This document shows, one piece after another, positions 28,612-37,877 of a DNA stretch of 64,000 nt. The DNA lies in the NCBI GenBank assembly GCA_963807165.1, contig CAWDZM010000004.1, positions 2,670-66,669 on the forward strand. The letters run 5' to 3'. A program made the position numbers and the translations under genes. The stretch is from an uncultured bacterium (lineage in GTDB: Bacteria; Patescibacteriota; Minisyncoccia; UBA6257; 2-01-FULL-56-20). Numbering within the stretch: the first letter of the stretch is position 1; the number at the start of each line of letters is the position of its first letter. The notes under the pieces were generated by a model, which saw only the letters and a program-made list of their open reading frames with translations, did no database searches and was not told the origin of the DNA.

Positions 28612-30030
28612 ATGGGTAAGTATCATCCTACCATCGGCCTTGAGGTGCACGCGGAACTTAAAACGCGGACCAAGATGTTTTGCGATTCCCTGAACGATCC
28701 GGATGAGAAGCATCCGAACGTAAATGTGTGTCCCGTCTGCATGGGTCACCCGGGAACTCTGCCGGTGCCGAACAAGCAGGCGATCGAATATGTCTTGAAG
28801 GTCGGCCTTGCAACCGGCGGAACACCGAATAAAAAATCCCGCTTTGACCGCAAGAATTATTTCTACCCTGACCTTCCGAAGGCATATCAAATTTCGCAGT
28901 CCGGGTCTCCGCTCGTGCTTGGCGGCACGTTGCGCGGCATAAAGATAAACCATATCCATTTAGAGGAAGATGCGGGAAAGTTGGTTCACGATGATGTGAG
29001 CGGGGGAACGCTCGTTGATTACAATCGCGCGAGCGTGCCACTGATGGAACTCGTGACCGAGCCGGATATGCATACTGCAGAAGATGCCGTGGCATTCATG
29101 AAAGAGTTACAGCTCATCCTGCGCTATCTTGGCGTTTCCGACGCCGACCTTGAGCGCGGCCAGATGCGCGCCGATGCGAACATCTCCATTTCGCCGGACG
29201 ACACACTCGGCACGCGCGCGGAGGTAAAGAATCTGAACTCGTTCAACTCGGTATTCCAGGCGATCAACTATGAGATCAAACGGCAAACGGAATTGCTCGA
29301 TAAGGGCGAGGCGGTAAAACAGGAAACGCGCGGGTGGGATGATGCTAAACAAAAGACGGCATCACAGCGCTCAAAGGAGGAGGCGCAGGATTATCGCTAT
29401 TTTCCGGAGCCGGATATTCCGCCATTCGAAACGAGCGTGTTTAATATTGAAGCGTTGCGCGATTCCATCCCGGAGCTTCCTGCACAAAAACGCGTGCGGT
29501 TTATGAGTGAATATGGATTGGATGAGCGCGCCGCCGACGCGCTCGCGGGAGAGCTTGCAACGGCAAATTATTTTGAGGAAGCGGTTTCTGAATTCCGTGA
29601 GGAGATTCCTGATGGTAGTATCGCCACGCTCTATAACTATCTATCGAGCGACTTGCGCGGGATGATGAACGAGGCAAGTGTTTCATTCGCAGATGTCAAA
29701 GTGAGTCCGGAACACTTGGCCACGCTTGCGGTGCTGATCGAGCAGAAAAAGATCACTAGCCGCCAAGCAAAAGATATGCTGGCGAAGATGTTTGCCACGG
29801 GCGCCGATCCGGAGGAGATCATGAAGAGCGAGAATATCGGCATCGGAGACAGCGACGAAGTGGAAGCGGTGGTGCTCGCGATCATCGCAGAGCACCATGC
29901 CGCCGTCGCGGATTATAAAAAAGGAAAGACGGCGAGTCTGCAGTTTTTGATCGGCCAGGCGATGGCGCGGCTGAAAGGCCGCGCCCGGCCGGATATGTTG
30001 AAGGAGATCTTCGAGAAGAATTTGGCGTAG
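28612..30030 (+). CDS. gatB: Asp-tRNA(Asn)/Glu-tRNA(Gln) amidotransferase subunit B
   Basis: YHPTIGLEVHAEL, CPVCMGHPGTLPV, FDRKNYFYPDLPKAYQISQ are GatB hallmarks; C-terminal YqeY-like domain. Confidence 0.9.
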   Translation: MGKYHPTIGLEVHAELKTRTKMFCDSLNDPDEKHPNVNVCPVCMGHPGTLPVPNKQAIEYVLKVGLATGGTPNKKSRFDRKNYFYPDLPKAYQISQSGSPLVLGGTLRGIKINHIHLEEDAGKLVHDDVSGGTLVDYNRASVPLMELVTEPDMHTAEDAVAFMKELQLILRYLGVSDADLERGQMRADANISISPDDTLGTRAEVKNLNSFNSVFQAINYEIKRQTELLDKGEAVKQETRGWDDAKQKTASQRSKEEAQDYRYFPEPDIPPFETSVFNIEALRDSIPELPAQKRVRFMSEYGLDERAADALAGELATANYFEEAVSEFREEIPDGSIATLYNYLSSDLRGMMNEASVSFADVKVSPEHLATLAVLIEQKKITSRQAKDMLAKMFATGADPEEIMKSENIGIGDSDEVEAVVLAIIAEHHAAVADYKKGKTASLQFLIGQAMARLKGRARPDMLKEIFEKNLA

Positions 30031-30117
30031 GGTCAGCGCTCTTGACGAGACGCAAAATGTGCGTAAAATAAATATCAGTAATTTGTTGCCAGTTCTTTTA
30101 TGTGGAGATGACCTTTT

Positions 30118-30495
30118 GTGAAAAGAGGGACGAAGTCATTCGTTTTTCAAGGGGTCTTCTCCACTGTTTGCCGGTGGAGTAATAATCCCCAGGAGGTTTC
30201 CTTGAGCATCAATTGTAAATCCTGTTCTCAACCCACTATCCCGCTTATCGGACGCGGTATCGTTGTCATTGCAGATTGTATCAACACTTCATGTCCAGAA
30301 AATCTTCAAGGCAAATCTATCTTTCCGTGCGTCCGTTGTCCGGAGTGCGGGAGCGCTCAACTTGTTAGACGGAATAGCCTTTCGCCGCGGCACCTCTGGT
30401 GTAAAGACTGCGGAGGGGATATAGATGTCCCCGATTGCTATATGCCATCGTCGCCTGATACCGAGGGGGTCGGGGTGGTAATGACAGGTCGATGA
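30118..30495 (+). CDS. Hypothetical Cys-rich zinc-ribbon protein
   Basis: Four CxxC-type pairs (CKSC, CINTSC, CVRCPEC, CKDC); TGA stop; hairpin terminator 30515-30552. Confidence 0.3.
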   Translation: MKRGTKSFVFQGVFSTVCRWSNNPQEVSLSINCKSCSQPTIPLIGRGIVVIADCINTSCPENLQGKSIFPCVRCPECGSAQLVRRNSLSPRHLWCKDCGGDIDVPDCYMPSSPDTEGVGVVMTGR

Positions 30496-30552
30496 TCAAT
30501 GACGTTTTAGCTACTTGTTCGCGGGACGCCATTTCCTAGTGGCGTCTTTTTT

Positions 30553-31455
30553 TTATAAGAAACTTTTAATGAGCGCTTCGGCGCTTTCCAAAGTATCGAT
30601 CCAGTGCGTCTGTTTATCTTTTTTAAACCACGTCATCTGCCGCTTTGCGTAGCGCCACGTGTTCATTTTGATAGCGGCGACAGTATCATCAAGCGATAGC
30701 GTGCCGTCGAGATGTGCGATGATCTCCCGATAGCCGATCGCATCAAAGGCTATCGCCGTGCGGCCATATTTTTTTATGAGCATTTGCACTTCATTAATGA
30801 ACCCATCGCGCATCATCACATCCACACGGCGATCGATCCGCTCGCGCAATATTTCTGCTGGGGGATTGAGGCCAAGCGTGAGCACGTTGAAGAGCGGCAC
30901 ATGTTTCTTACGCTGAGCGGTGAATGGCTCGCCGGTCGTGATCGCGACCTCGAGCGCGCGCACCACGCGCCGGGGATTCTTTGGATCCACCACGTATGCC
31001 GCTTCGGGATCGAGCGCAACCAATCTATCGAACGCGCGCTCGAGCCCGTCGCGCGCGATCTCGCTTTCGATCTCGGCACGGAGCGTTGGGTTGGCAATCG
31101 CCTTTGGAATATCCAGGTTCTCGACCACGGATTTTATATAGAGCCCGGTGCCGCCCACGAGCAGGGGGAGCTTGCCGCGCGCGATGATGTCATTGATCGC
31201 AGCGATGGCATCGCGTTGATATTCTAAAACGGTATAATCCTCATTGGGGTCTTTGATATCGATAAGATGGTGGGGGATCGCATGGCGTTCCATCGCCGTC
31301 GGCTTTGCGGTGCCGATGTCCATGCCGCGATAGATCTGTCGGGAGTCTGCGGAGACGATCTCGGCGCTAAACGCGCGAGCGAGTGCGATGCCGAGTGCGG
31401 TTTTTCCGCTCGCGGTAGGGCCGACGATGGCGATGATCTTTGGGGTAATTGACAT
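30553..31455 (-). CDS. miaA: tRNA dimethylallyltransferase
   Basis: P-loop IVGPTASGKT, SADSRQIYRGMDIGTAKP, LLVGGTGLY motifs. Confidence 0.9.
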   Translation of the reverse strand: MSITPKIIAIVGPTASGKTALGIALARAFSAEIVSADSRQIYRGMDIGTAKPTAMERHAIPHHLIDIKDPNEDYTVLEYQRDAIAAINDIIARGKLPLLVGGTGLYIKSVVENLDIPKAIANPTLRAEIESEIARDGLERAFDRLVALDPEAAYVVDPKNPRRVVRALEVAITTGEPFTAQRKKHVPLFNVLTLGLNPPAEILRERIDRRVDVMMRDGFINEVQMLIKKYGRTAIAFDAIGYREIIAHLDGTLSLDDTVAAIKMNTWRYAKRQMTWFKKDKQTHWIDTLESAEALIKSFL

Positions 31456-31517
31456 ATATTCCTTCAGTATTCTATTCTATGGAAAGTGGTCTATTTTGAT
31501 CAATGAGGGAGGCGACG

Positions 31518-31664
31518 ATGGTATCACTACTATTGCACTGGATTTTCGTCGGATTAAAGTGGTATGCGATATATTCGGTTGCTCTCGTTTTCCTTCTTGT
31601 GCTGTTTTGTAGTATAGGAAGGGCATGCTGGAGGTTCACCCATCACCCATGCCATAAAAATTAA
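31518..31664 (+). CDS. Small hydrophobic protein (48 aa), not in the supplied ORF track
   Basis: ATG preceded by GAGGGAGG RBS at a 5-nt spacing; single TM helix (HWIFVGLKWYAIYSVALVFLLVLF); followed by a hairpin with T-run (31690-31722). Confidence 0.35.
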   Translation: MVSLLLHWIFVGLKWYAIYSVALVFLLVLFCSIGRACWRFTHHPCHKN

Positions 31665-31734
31665 TACCCGTATCCATTTTTAGGGACACAAGACTCCTCG
31701 CTATTATTGCCGGAGTCTTTTTTAATGTGCCCTT

Positions 31735-33500
31735 TTAAAGAGTCTTCTCTTTTACCTCGCCCTCTATCTTTTTAATAAAATCCGCGAGCGCGATCTCCTT
31801 CTCTTCTCCTTTGCGGTCGCGCACGTTCACGGTGTTGCCGCTGACCTCTTTTTCTCCGACGACGATGACGTAGGGCACCTTCATCATCTCCGCTTCGCGG
31901 ATGCGCTTGCCGAGTGATTCGTTTGCGTCGGCGAGTTCCGCGCGGATGCCGACGGCGAGGAGTGCTTCGTGAACACTCTTTCCGTAATCCGCAAATTTTT
32001 CGCTGACGGGAAGGATCGTTGTTTGCACTGGCGAAAGCCAAACGGGGAACTTGCCAGCGAAGTGTTCGATGATAACGGAAAGGAATCGTTCAATCGAACC
32101 CATGATGGCGGCATGGATCATCACGATCCGTTCATGCTCACCATTCTCATTAATACAAAAGAGATCAAAGCGCTCGGGCTGATTCATGTCGAGCTGGATC
32201 GTTGCCACCTGTACCGAACGTCCGAGCGCATCCTTGCCCATAAAGTCAATCTTCGGACCGTAGAGCGCGGCCTCGCCCGGAGCCTCGACTGCGTTCGCAC
32301 CGTGCTCCTTTATGAGCTGGCGTAAATGTTCTTCTGCGGTGCGCCACACCTCCGGCGTGCCAAGATATTTTTCGGGATGCTCGGGGTCGTGCAACGAGAG
32401 TCGGACGGAAAGTTCAAAACCAAACGCGCCATAAAATTCGGTGATGATATCCCAGACTTTGAATATCTCATCCTTTATCTGCGAGGTGCGACAGAACACA
32501 TGGGCATCATCCTGGGTGATGGAGAGCACGCGGGAAAGCCCGGCGAGTTCGCCGGACTGCTCATCGCGATATACCTTCGTGGTCGTCGCATAGCGTTGAG
32601 GAAGTTCGCGGTAGCTCCACTGCTTGCGGGCATAGATCTGCGTGTGGTGCGGGCAGTTCATCGGCTTCATCGCATAGAGATGTCCTTCGCGCGTTTCTAT
32701 CTTAAACAACTCATCTTTAAACTTATCCCAATGCCCGCTCTTTTCATAAAGATCTTTTTTTGTGATGTGGGGGATATCCACCTGGAGATAGCCGCGCTGT
32801 TTGCGCAAACTCCACACAAAGTCATCCAAAAGATTTCGGAGCGTCGTGCCCTTTGGAGTCCAGAGCGGAAGCCCCGGGCCGACAAGCTCAGAGAACGTGA
32901 AGAGATCGAGCTTAGGCCCGAGGATTTTGTGATCGCGCTTCTTGGCCTCCTCAACCATCTTTTCATAATCTTTTAATGCTTCCTTACTCTCGAATGCCAA
33001 TCCATAGATGCGCTGGAGTTGTTGGTTCTTTTCATCGCCGCGCCAGTAGGCGCCCGCGATCTTGTCGAGCGTAAAGCCGTCGGCGGGAATCTCGGAAGTA
33101 TTCTCCACATGGCCGCCGCGGCAGAGATCCATAAAGACATCGCCAGTTTCGTAGACGGTCAATGTTTTATCCTCGGCTGCGAAGTCGTTTATTAAATCCA
33201 GTTTAAATGGCTGATGGGCAGAAAAGCTTTTTTGCTTCGGCGACGCTGACCTCGCGTCCGGTGAATGGGAGTTTCTTATTCACAAAACTGCGCATCGTCT
33301 TCTCGAGCGTCTTCAGGTCGTCCGGCGTGATCGCGCGGGGGAGCAGGAAGTCATAATAAAATCCATTTTCCACCGTCGGGCCGATGCCGAGCTTGGCGTC
33401 GGGAAACTCTTTGAGTCACCGCCGCCGCAAGGAGGTGGGCGAGCGAGTGCCGGACGTGATCGAGTTTTTTTGCTGAGCCGTCGGATGGGTTATTTGGCAT
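31735..33500 (-). CDS. thrS: Threonyl-tRNA synthetase lacking the N-terminal TGS domain; reading frame interrupted by two apparent single-nt frameshifts (near 33225 and 33435)
   Basis: Main ORF 31735-33162 has class II core and anticodon-binding domain. Upstream segments in the other two frames encode the N2 editing-domain start ([12 protein letters not shown] / [23 protein letters not shown] / ...[32 protein letters not shown]); shifts coincide with A/T homopolymer runs. Confidence 0.75.
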
Positions 33501-33560
33501 AATATAGTCATTCTATGCCAATTACATTGATTTTTAAAGTGGTTGGCTTATGATACCTTT

Positions 33561-34859
33561 ATGCTCGATATCAAGTTTATCCGCGAGAATGCGGATGTGC
33601 TCAAGGATGTTTCCCTCAAGAAGAACCTCGATCCAAAGGTGATCGACGAACTTTTGGATGTGGACACAAAGCGGCGTGAACTGATGACGTCGTCGGAAGC
33701 GCTCCGCGCGGAACAAAAAAAGACGCAGGATCGCGAAGCGGGGGCCACGTTAAAAGAACAATTTAAAGAGCAGGAAGAGAAATTAAAGCCGCTTGAAAAA
33801 CAGTTTAACGAGCTGATGGTGCGCGTGCCGAATATTATTTCGCCGGATGTGCCGACGGGAAAAGATGAGAGCGAGAATAAGGAAGTGTTTCGATGGATTC
33901 CAAGCGACGATGGTTCGCATGAGCCGAAAAAATTCGACTTCACGCCAAAGAATCACATGGAGCTTGGTACGTCGCTCGACATTCTGGATTTTGAAAAGGG
34001 CACGAAGGTGGGCGGCTTCCGCGGGTATTATGTAAAGAACGAAGGCGTCCAGCTCGTGATGGGCATCATGATGTATGCGGTGAATAAGATGGTGGAAAAA
34101 GGATTTAAGCCGATGATCCCGCCGACGCTCGTAAAAGAGTTCGCGTTATTCGGCACGGGCTATTTTAAAGGAACGGAGTACGATCCGGAGGTGGATGAGA
34201 TTTACGAGATCGCAACAGCCGAAAAAGAAGCAGGCGGAGAGAAGAGCGCTGAGAAAAAATTCCTAGTGGGAACATCCGAGCCGTCACTTCTTGCATACTA
34301 TGCGGATGAGGTTTTGAAAGCCGATCAGCTTCCGATAAAAAATGCGGGCTACAGCCAATGCTATCGTAGTGAGATCGGCAGTTACAGTAAAGATGTGAAA
34401 GGTATGTACCGTGTGCACGAGTTTATGAAGGTGGAGCAGGTGGTGCTGGCGGAAGCGGACATTGAAGCGGCGAACAAGTTGCAGGACGAGATGGTGGAGA
34501 TCTCCGGCGAGATGCACAAAGAGCTCGGCTTACCGTACCGGCGACTGGCAATCTGCACCGGCGACCTCGGCGCGGGCAAGTATAAACAGTACGACACAGA
34601 GGCATGGCTGCCGGGCATGAACCGCTGGGCCGAGACCGGCTCTGCGAGCAACTTCCTCGACTGGCAGTCGCGTCGGCTGAACGTAAAATATATCGATCCA
34701 AAGACGGGCGAGAAGAAATTCGTCTATATGTTGAACAATACTGCCCTGCCAAGTCCGCGCGTATTCATCGCCATTTTGGAAAACTATCAGACGGCTGACG
34801 GGAAGGTGATGGTGCCGGAGGTTTTGCAGAAGTACGTAGGCAAGGAGGTGATTGGATAA
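33561..34859 (+). CDS. serS: Seryl-tRNA synthetase
   Basis: MLDIKFIREN start, N-terminal coiled coil, class II motifs (YRVHEFMKVEQ, GLPYRRLAICTGDLG, NNTALPSPR); TTG at 33543 is an alternative start. Confidence 0.9.
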   Translation: MLDIKFIRENADVLKDVSLKKNLDPKVIDELLDVDTKRRELMTSSEALRAEQKKTQDREAGATLKEQFKEQEEKLKPLEKQFNELMVRVPNIISPDVPTGKDESENKEVFRWIPSDDGSHEPKKFDFTPKNHMELGTSLDILDFEKGTKVGGFRGYYVKNEGVQLVMGIMMYAVNKMVEKGFKPMIPPTLVKEFALFGTGYFKGTEYDPEVDEIYEIATAEKEAGGEKSAEKKFLVGTSEPSLLAYYADEVLKADQLPIKNAGYSQCYRSEIGSYSKDVKGMYRVHEFMKVEQVVLAEADIEAANKLQDEMVEISGEMHKELGLPYRRLAICTGDLGAGKYKQYDTEAWLPGMNRWAETGSASNFLDWQSRRLNVKYIDPKTGEKKFVYMLNNTALPSPRVFIAILENYQTADGKVMVPEVLQKYVGKEVIG

Positions 34860-34912
34860 CGCCTGCGCGGCTCGCGCGCGATAACACGCCGCGGGAGTGG
34901 TATTATTGAGTA

Positions 34913-35815
34913 ATGCAGATTACGCCATACATCTCTGACCGCAAAAAAAAGCGCAAGCGCATTCGCGCGTATATTTATACCGCGCTTGGCTTGCTTGTGC
35001 TCTACGGAATATTTTTTATTGCGCAGTGGTTTCTTTTCCGTTCGCCGGTATTCCGCGTTGATAGCGTTGTAGTGCAGGGGAATAGCGCGGTTTCGAGCTC
35101 GAGCATCGTTACGCTCGCTGAGGCGAGCGCACTTCCCGCGCAGAGCTTTTTCCGCGGCGCACTCACTTTTAATAATATGTTGCTCTGGCCGTCCACTATC
35201 CCGCAAAAAGAACTTGCGCTGATTCCCCAGCTTGCGAGCATAAAAATTTCGAAGGATTTTTTCTCGCATACGATCACAATTACCGCAACGGAGCGCCAGC
35301 CGTTCGGCATCTGGTGTTTTTCCGCGCCACCGGGCGCGGTGATTTCCGGCACAACTTCTGCCGCTGGCACGAATACCAACGTGAGTACTTCGTCTTCCAT
35401 TACCAATACAGCTACCACCAATCCCAACGCGCCATGCTACTGGTTTGATAACACCGGCACGATCTTTGAGAAGGCGGGCGAGTCTCAAGGCGATCTTATC
35501 TTTGTGACCTACGATCGCACGCAAAGCCCGCGCGGATTGGATCAAAAAGTATTGCCCGATGAATTTTTACCAAACGTTATTTCCATTATGGATGTTCTAC
35601 GCGAGAGCGGGCTTAGCGTGCGAGCGATCGAGCTGAACGACCTCTCGCTCCAGGAGGTGGATGTGCTTACCGCGAACGGTCCGACGATTTATTTCAGCCT
35701 GCAATTTCCTGCGGACGAATATCTGCCGGTTATCCAGAAGTTGATGGTGCAATCAAATTTTGCCAAGCTACAGTATGTGGACTGCAGGACGGAGAACCGG
35801 CTGTTCTATAAATAG
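34913..35815 (+). CDS. Cell division protein FtsQ/DivIB-like (POTRA domain)
   Basis: N-terminal basic segment plus TM helix, then POTRA-like FRVDSVVVQGN...ATERQPFGIW; Thr/Ser-rich insertion. Confidence 0.5.
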   Translation: MQITPYISDRKKKRKRIRAYIYTALGLLVLYGIFFIAQWFLFRSPVFRVDSVVVQGNSAVSSSSIVTLAEASALPAQSFFRGALTFNNMLLWPSTIPQKELALIPQLASIKISKDFFSHTITITATERQPFGIWCFSAPPGAVISGTTSAAGTNTNVSTSSSITNTATTNPNAPCYWFDNTGTIFEKAGESQGDLIFVTYDRTQSPRGLDQKVLPDEFLPNVISIMDVLRESGLSVRAIELNDLSLQEVDVLTANGPTIYFSLQFPADEYLPVIQKLMVQSNFAKLQYVDCRTENRLFYK

Positions 35816-35816
35816 T

Positions 35817-37817
35817 CTATTGCAGGTGGTACACAAAAATCGAAGTCCCGATGCGATAGTCCGGCGTGGGGACGTTGCCCATATCGCCCCCGAGCCATGT
35901 GCCGGTGGCATCTGCGGGCGGGCGGAGCGCGGTGAGCCACGAGTAGGTGTCCGACGCGTTGCGGGTGTTGCCGGGCGCGAGCGGCTGGATGGCGCCCTCG
36001 AGCGTGTTCACGGAAACGGCGAGCCAGTGAATGCCTTGATCGCTCGGGTTTCCCATTGACGATGACCATGGCACTGCTTTGCCTGGCAGATAATATTCCG
36101 GATCGCCGCCACCGAAGTAGTCCACGGCAATCTTATCCACCTGCGGGTTAGCGTTGACCCATGACTGCAATCGGATCAAGTCTTGCCCCCAATCGTAGTT
36201 CGAATCCGTCACGAAGTGATATCCGCCCTGTACGCCACCACCAAATTCATTGAAGTAAGAAAGGAAGTATGGTGCGGCAAAGAGTGTTTCAAGAAGCAAC
36301 CACGCGAGGAGCAGAATGAGCACGAGATATTTTATGAAGGACGCAGCGAATGAACGTGCTATCGCCATCGCGGAATCCATCACGGAAAATCCTTGTGCGC
36401 TGATCGCGCCAAAGTTTATCTGCATGATCCACTTTTTCCACACGACAGCGGCAAGGATAAAGATGAGCGGGAGCGTGGGGAGGATGTGTCGGATGCCAAT
36501 GTTCAGCGGACTGTGCATGCTATATCCCCAGTAGAGGACGATGAACGACGCGAGTGAAAATTCGCCGAAGTGCTTGGCGAGATAATCGAGCATCCGTCGC
36601 CCGATGCCGGGTCCGCCGCGCGTGGGATTGGTTAATGTTCTTTTAATGATCCACCATGCCGCGAGGAGGAGCGCGAACAGAACGATGATCAATGTCGGAA
36701 TGGGTTCCTTTAACAGGAAGAGCACCGGGAAATACATCCAGCCACCACTCTGTGCGATGTGGCCAAGGAAATAGATTGTGTTTCCGCCATCGGCGCGTTG
36801 CAGAACCATCAGGACGCCGAGCGTGTATTCCGCGACGGGACGCATCACGCGATTGCCTGCCATCCAGATGTCCGCGTCCGCGATACAACGCATACCCTTG
36901 CACATTGATCCCGCCGGCGTCGGGCCGGTGGCGAATGAAGTCAGGATCGCGGTCGTGTCCGAGACTTGCCGTGCAATCGGTTCACCGCTCGTAAAAAGGA
37001 AGTAGATCGGATAGACGATGAACGCATAGCCGATGATAAAGATCAACGCACACTTTCCCGCATAGTGGCACAGCCGGAAGAAAAATGTTTTCAACCGCCG
37101 CGAAGCATCCGTCACGCGCCATTGTGCGGCGAGGTCGCGCGCCCAGAGTACGATGAAGAGAAAGATAAAGAGTGGGACGAGCAATGGCGTTGAGAACTTG
37201 GTAACCTGCGCCACGCCGAACGCGAGTCCGGCCCACCATAAATGTTTTGTGGATGGGTCATCAATATATTTTAAAAAGAAAATTATGGCGAGGACGACAC
37301 CGAATGCGGCACCGACGTCGGTCGTCACGTAGTGCCCGTGAGCGAGCACGGTCGGATCAAGCGCGAATAAAAATGTCGGCAGGAGCGCCCAGAGCTTTCC
37401 TATCAGCCGCCGCGCAAGGAAGTAGACCAGTATGATAGTGAGGATGGTAATCAGGATTGGCATCACGCGCGCCCACTGAATGATCGCGTTCGCATCATTG
37501 CCGGAATTATAGAGGAACGCCGTGCCCATATCCCATTGACCGTTCAACTCTGTGGTCCACGCCGCGTTATTTGTTGGATAGGTGGGTTGGACAAATATCA
37601 ACACCGGCAACATCGCGAGGGCTTTGATAAGCGGGGGATGTTCGGGGTTTAAGCGATAGTCGAGCTGACTTACATATCCATAGCCGGCGGGGATGTGTGC
37701 GAGTTCATCATCGATCGCGGAGTCGGTGCGCGATGCCCAGAGCATCAGTCCGAACGACATTCCACAAATGAGCACAAGGGCGGTTACCGCCCACCACGAG
37801 GTAAGTTTTTTTATCAT
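35817..37817 (-). CDS. GT39/GT83-type (PMT/ArnT-like) membrane glycosyltransferase with large C-terminal extracytoplasmic domain
   Basis: Multiple TM helices; LARRLIGKLWALLPTFLFALDPTVLAHGHYVTTD resembles the PMT_2/ArnT loop motif; start at MIKKLTSWW (ORF extends to 37985). Confidence 0.55.
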   Translation of the reverse strand: MIKKLTSWWAVTALVLICGMSFGLMLWASRTDSAIDDELAHIPAGYGYVSQLDYRLNPEHPPLIKALAMLPVLIFVQPTYPTNNAAWTTELNGQWDMGTAFLYNSGNDANAIIQWARVMPILITILTIILVYFLARRLIGKLWALLPTFLFALDPTVLAHGHYVTTDVGAAFGVVLAIIFFLKYIDDPSTKHLWWAGLAFGVAQVTKFSTPLLVPLFIFLFIVLWARDLAAQWRVTDASRRLKTFFFRLCHYAGKCALIFIIGYAFIVYPIYFLFTSGEPIARQVSDTTAILTSFATGPTPAGSMCKGMRCIADADIWMAGNRVMRPVAEYTLGVLMVLQRADGGNTIYFLGHIAQSGGWMYFPVLFLLKEPIPTLIIVLFALLLAAWWIIKRTLTNPTRGGPGIGRRMLDYLAKHFGEFSLASFIVLYWGYSMHSPLNIGIRHILPTLPLIFILAAVVWKKWIMQINFGAISAQGFSVMDSAMAIARSFAASFIKYLVLILLLAWLLLETLFAAPYFLSYFNEFGGGVQGGYHFVTDSNYDWGQDLIRLQSWVNANPQVDKIAVDYFGGGDPEYYLPGKAVPWSSSMGNPSDQGIHWLAVSVNTLEGAIQPLAPGNTRNASDTYSWLTALRPPADATGTWLGGDMGNVPTPDYRIGTSIFVYHLQ

Positions 37818-37877
37818 ATCTTTATTATACAGAATCACTTCGTGATGTATCGTGCAATGCCGTGGTAAAATATCCCT

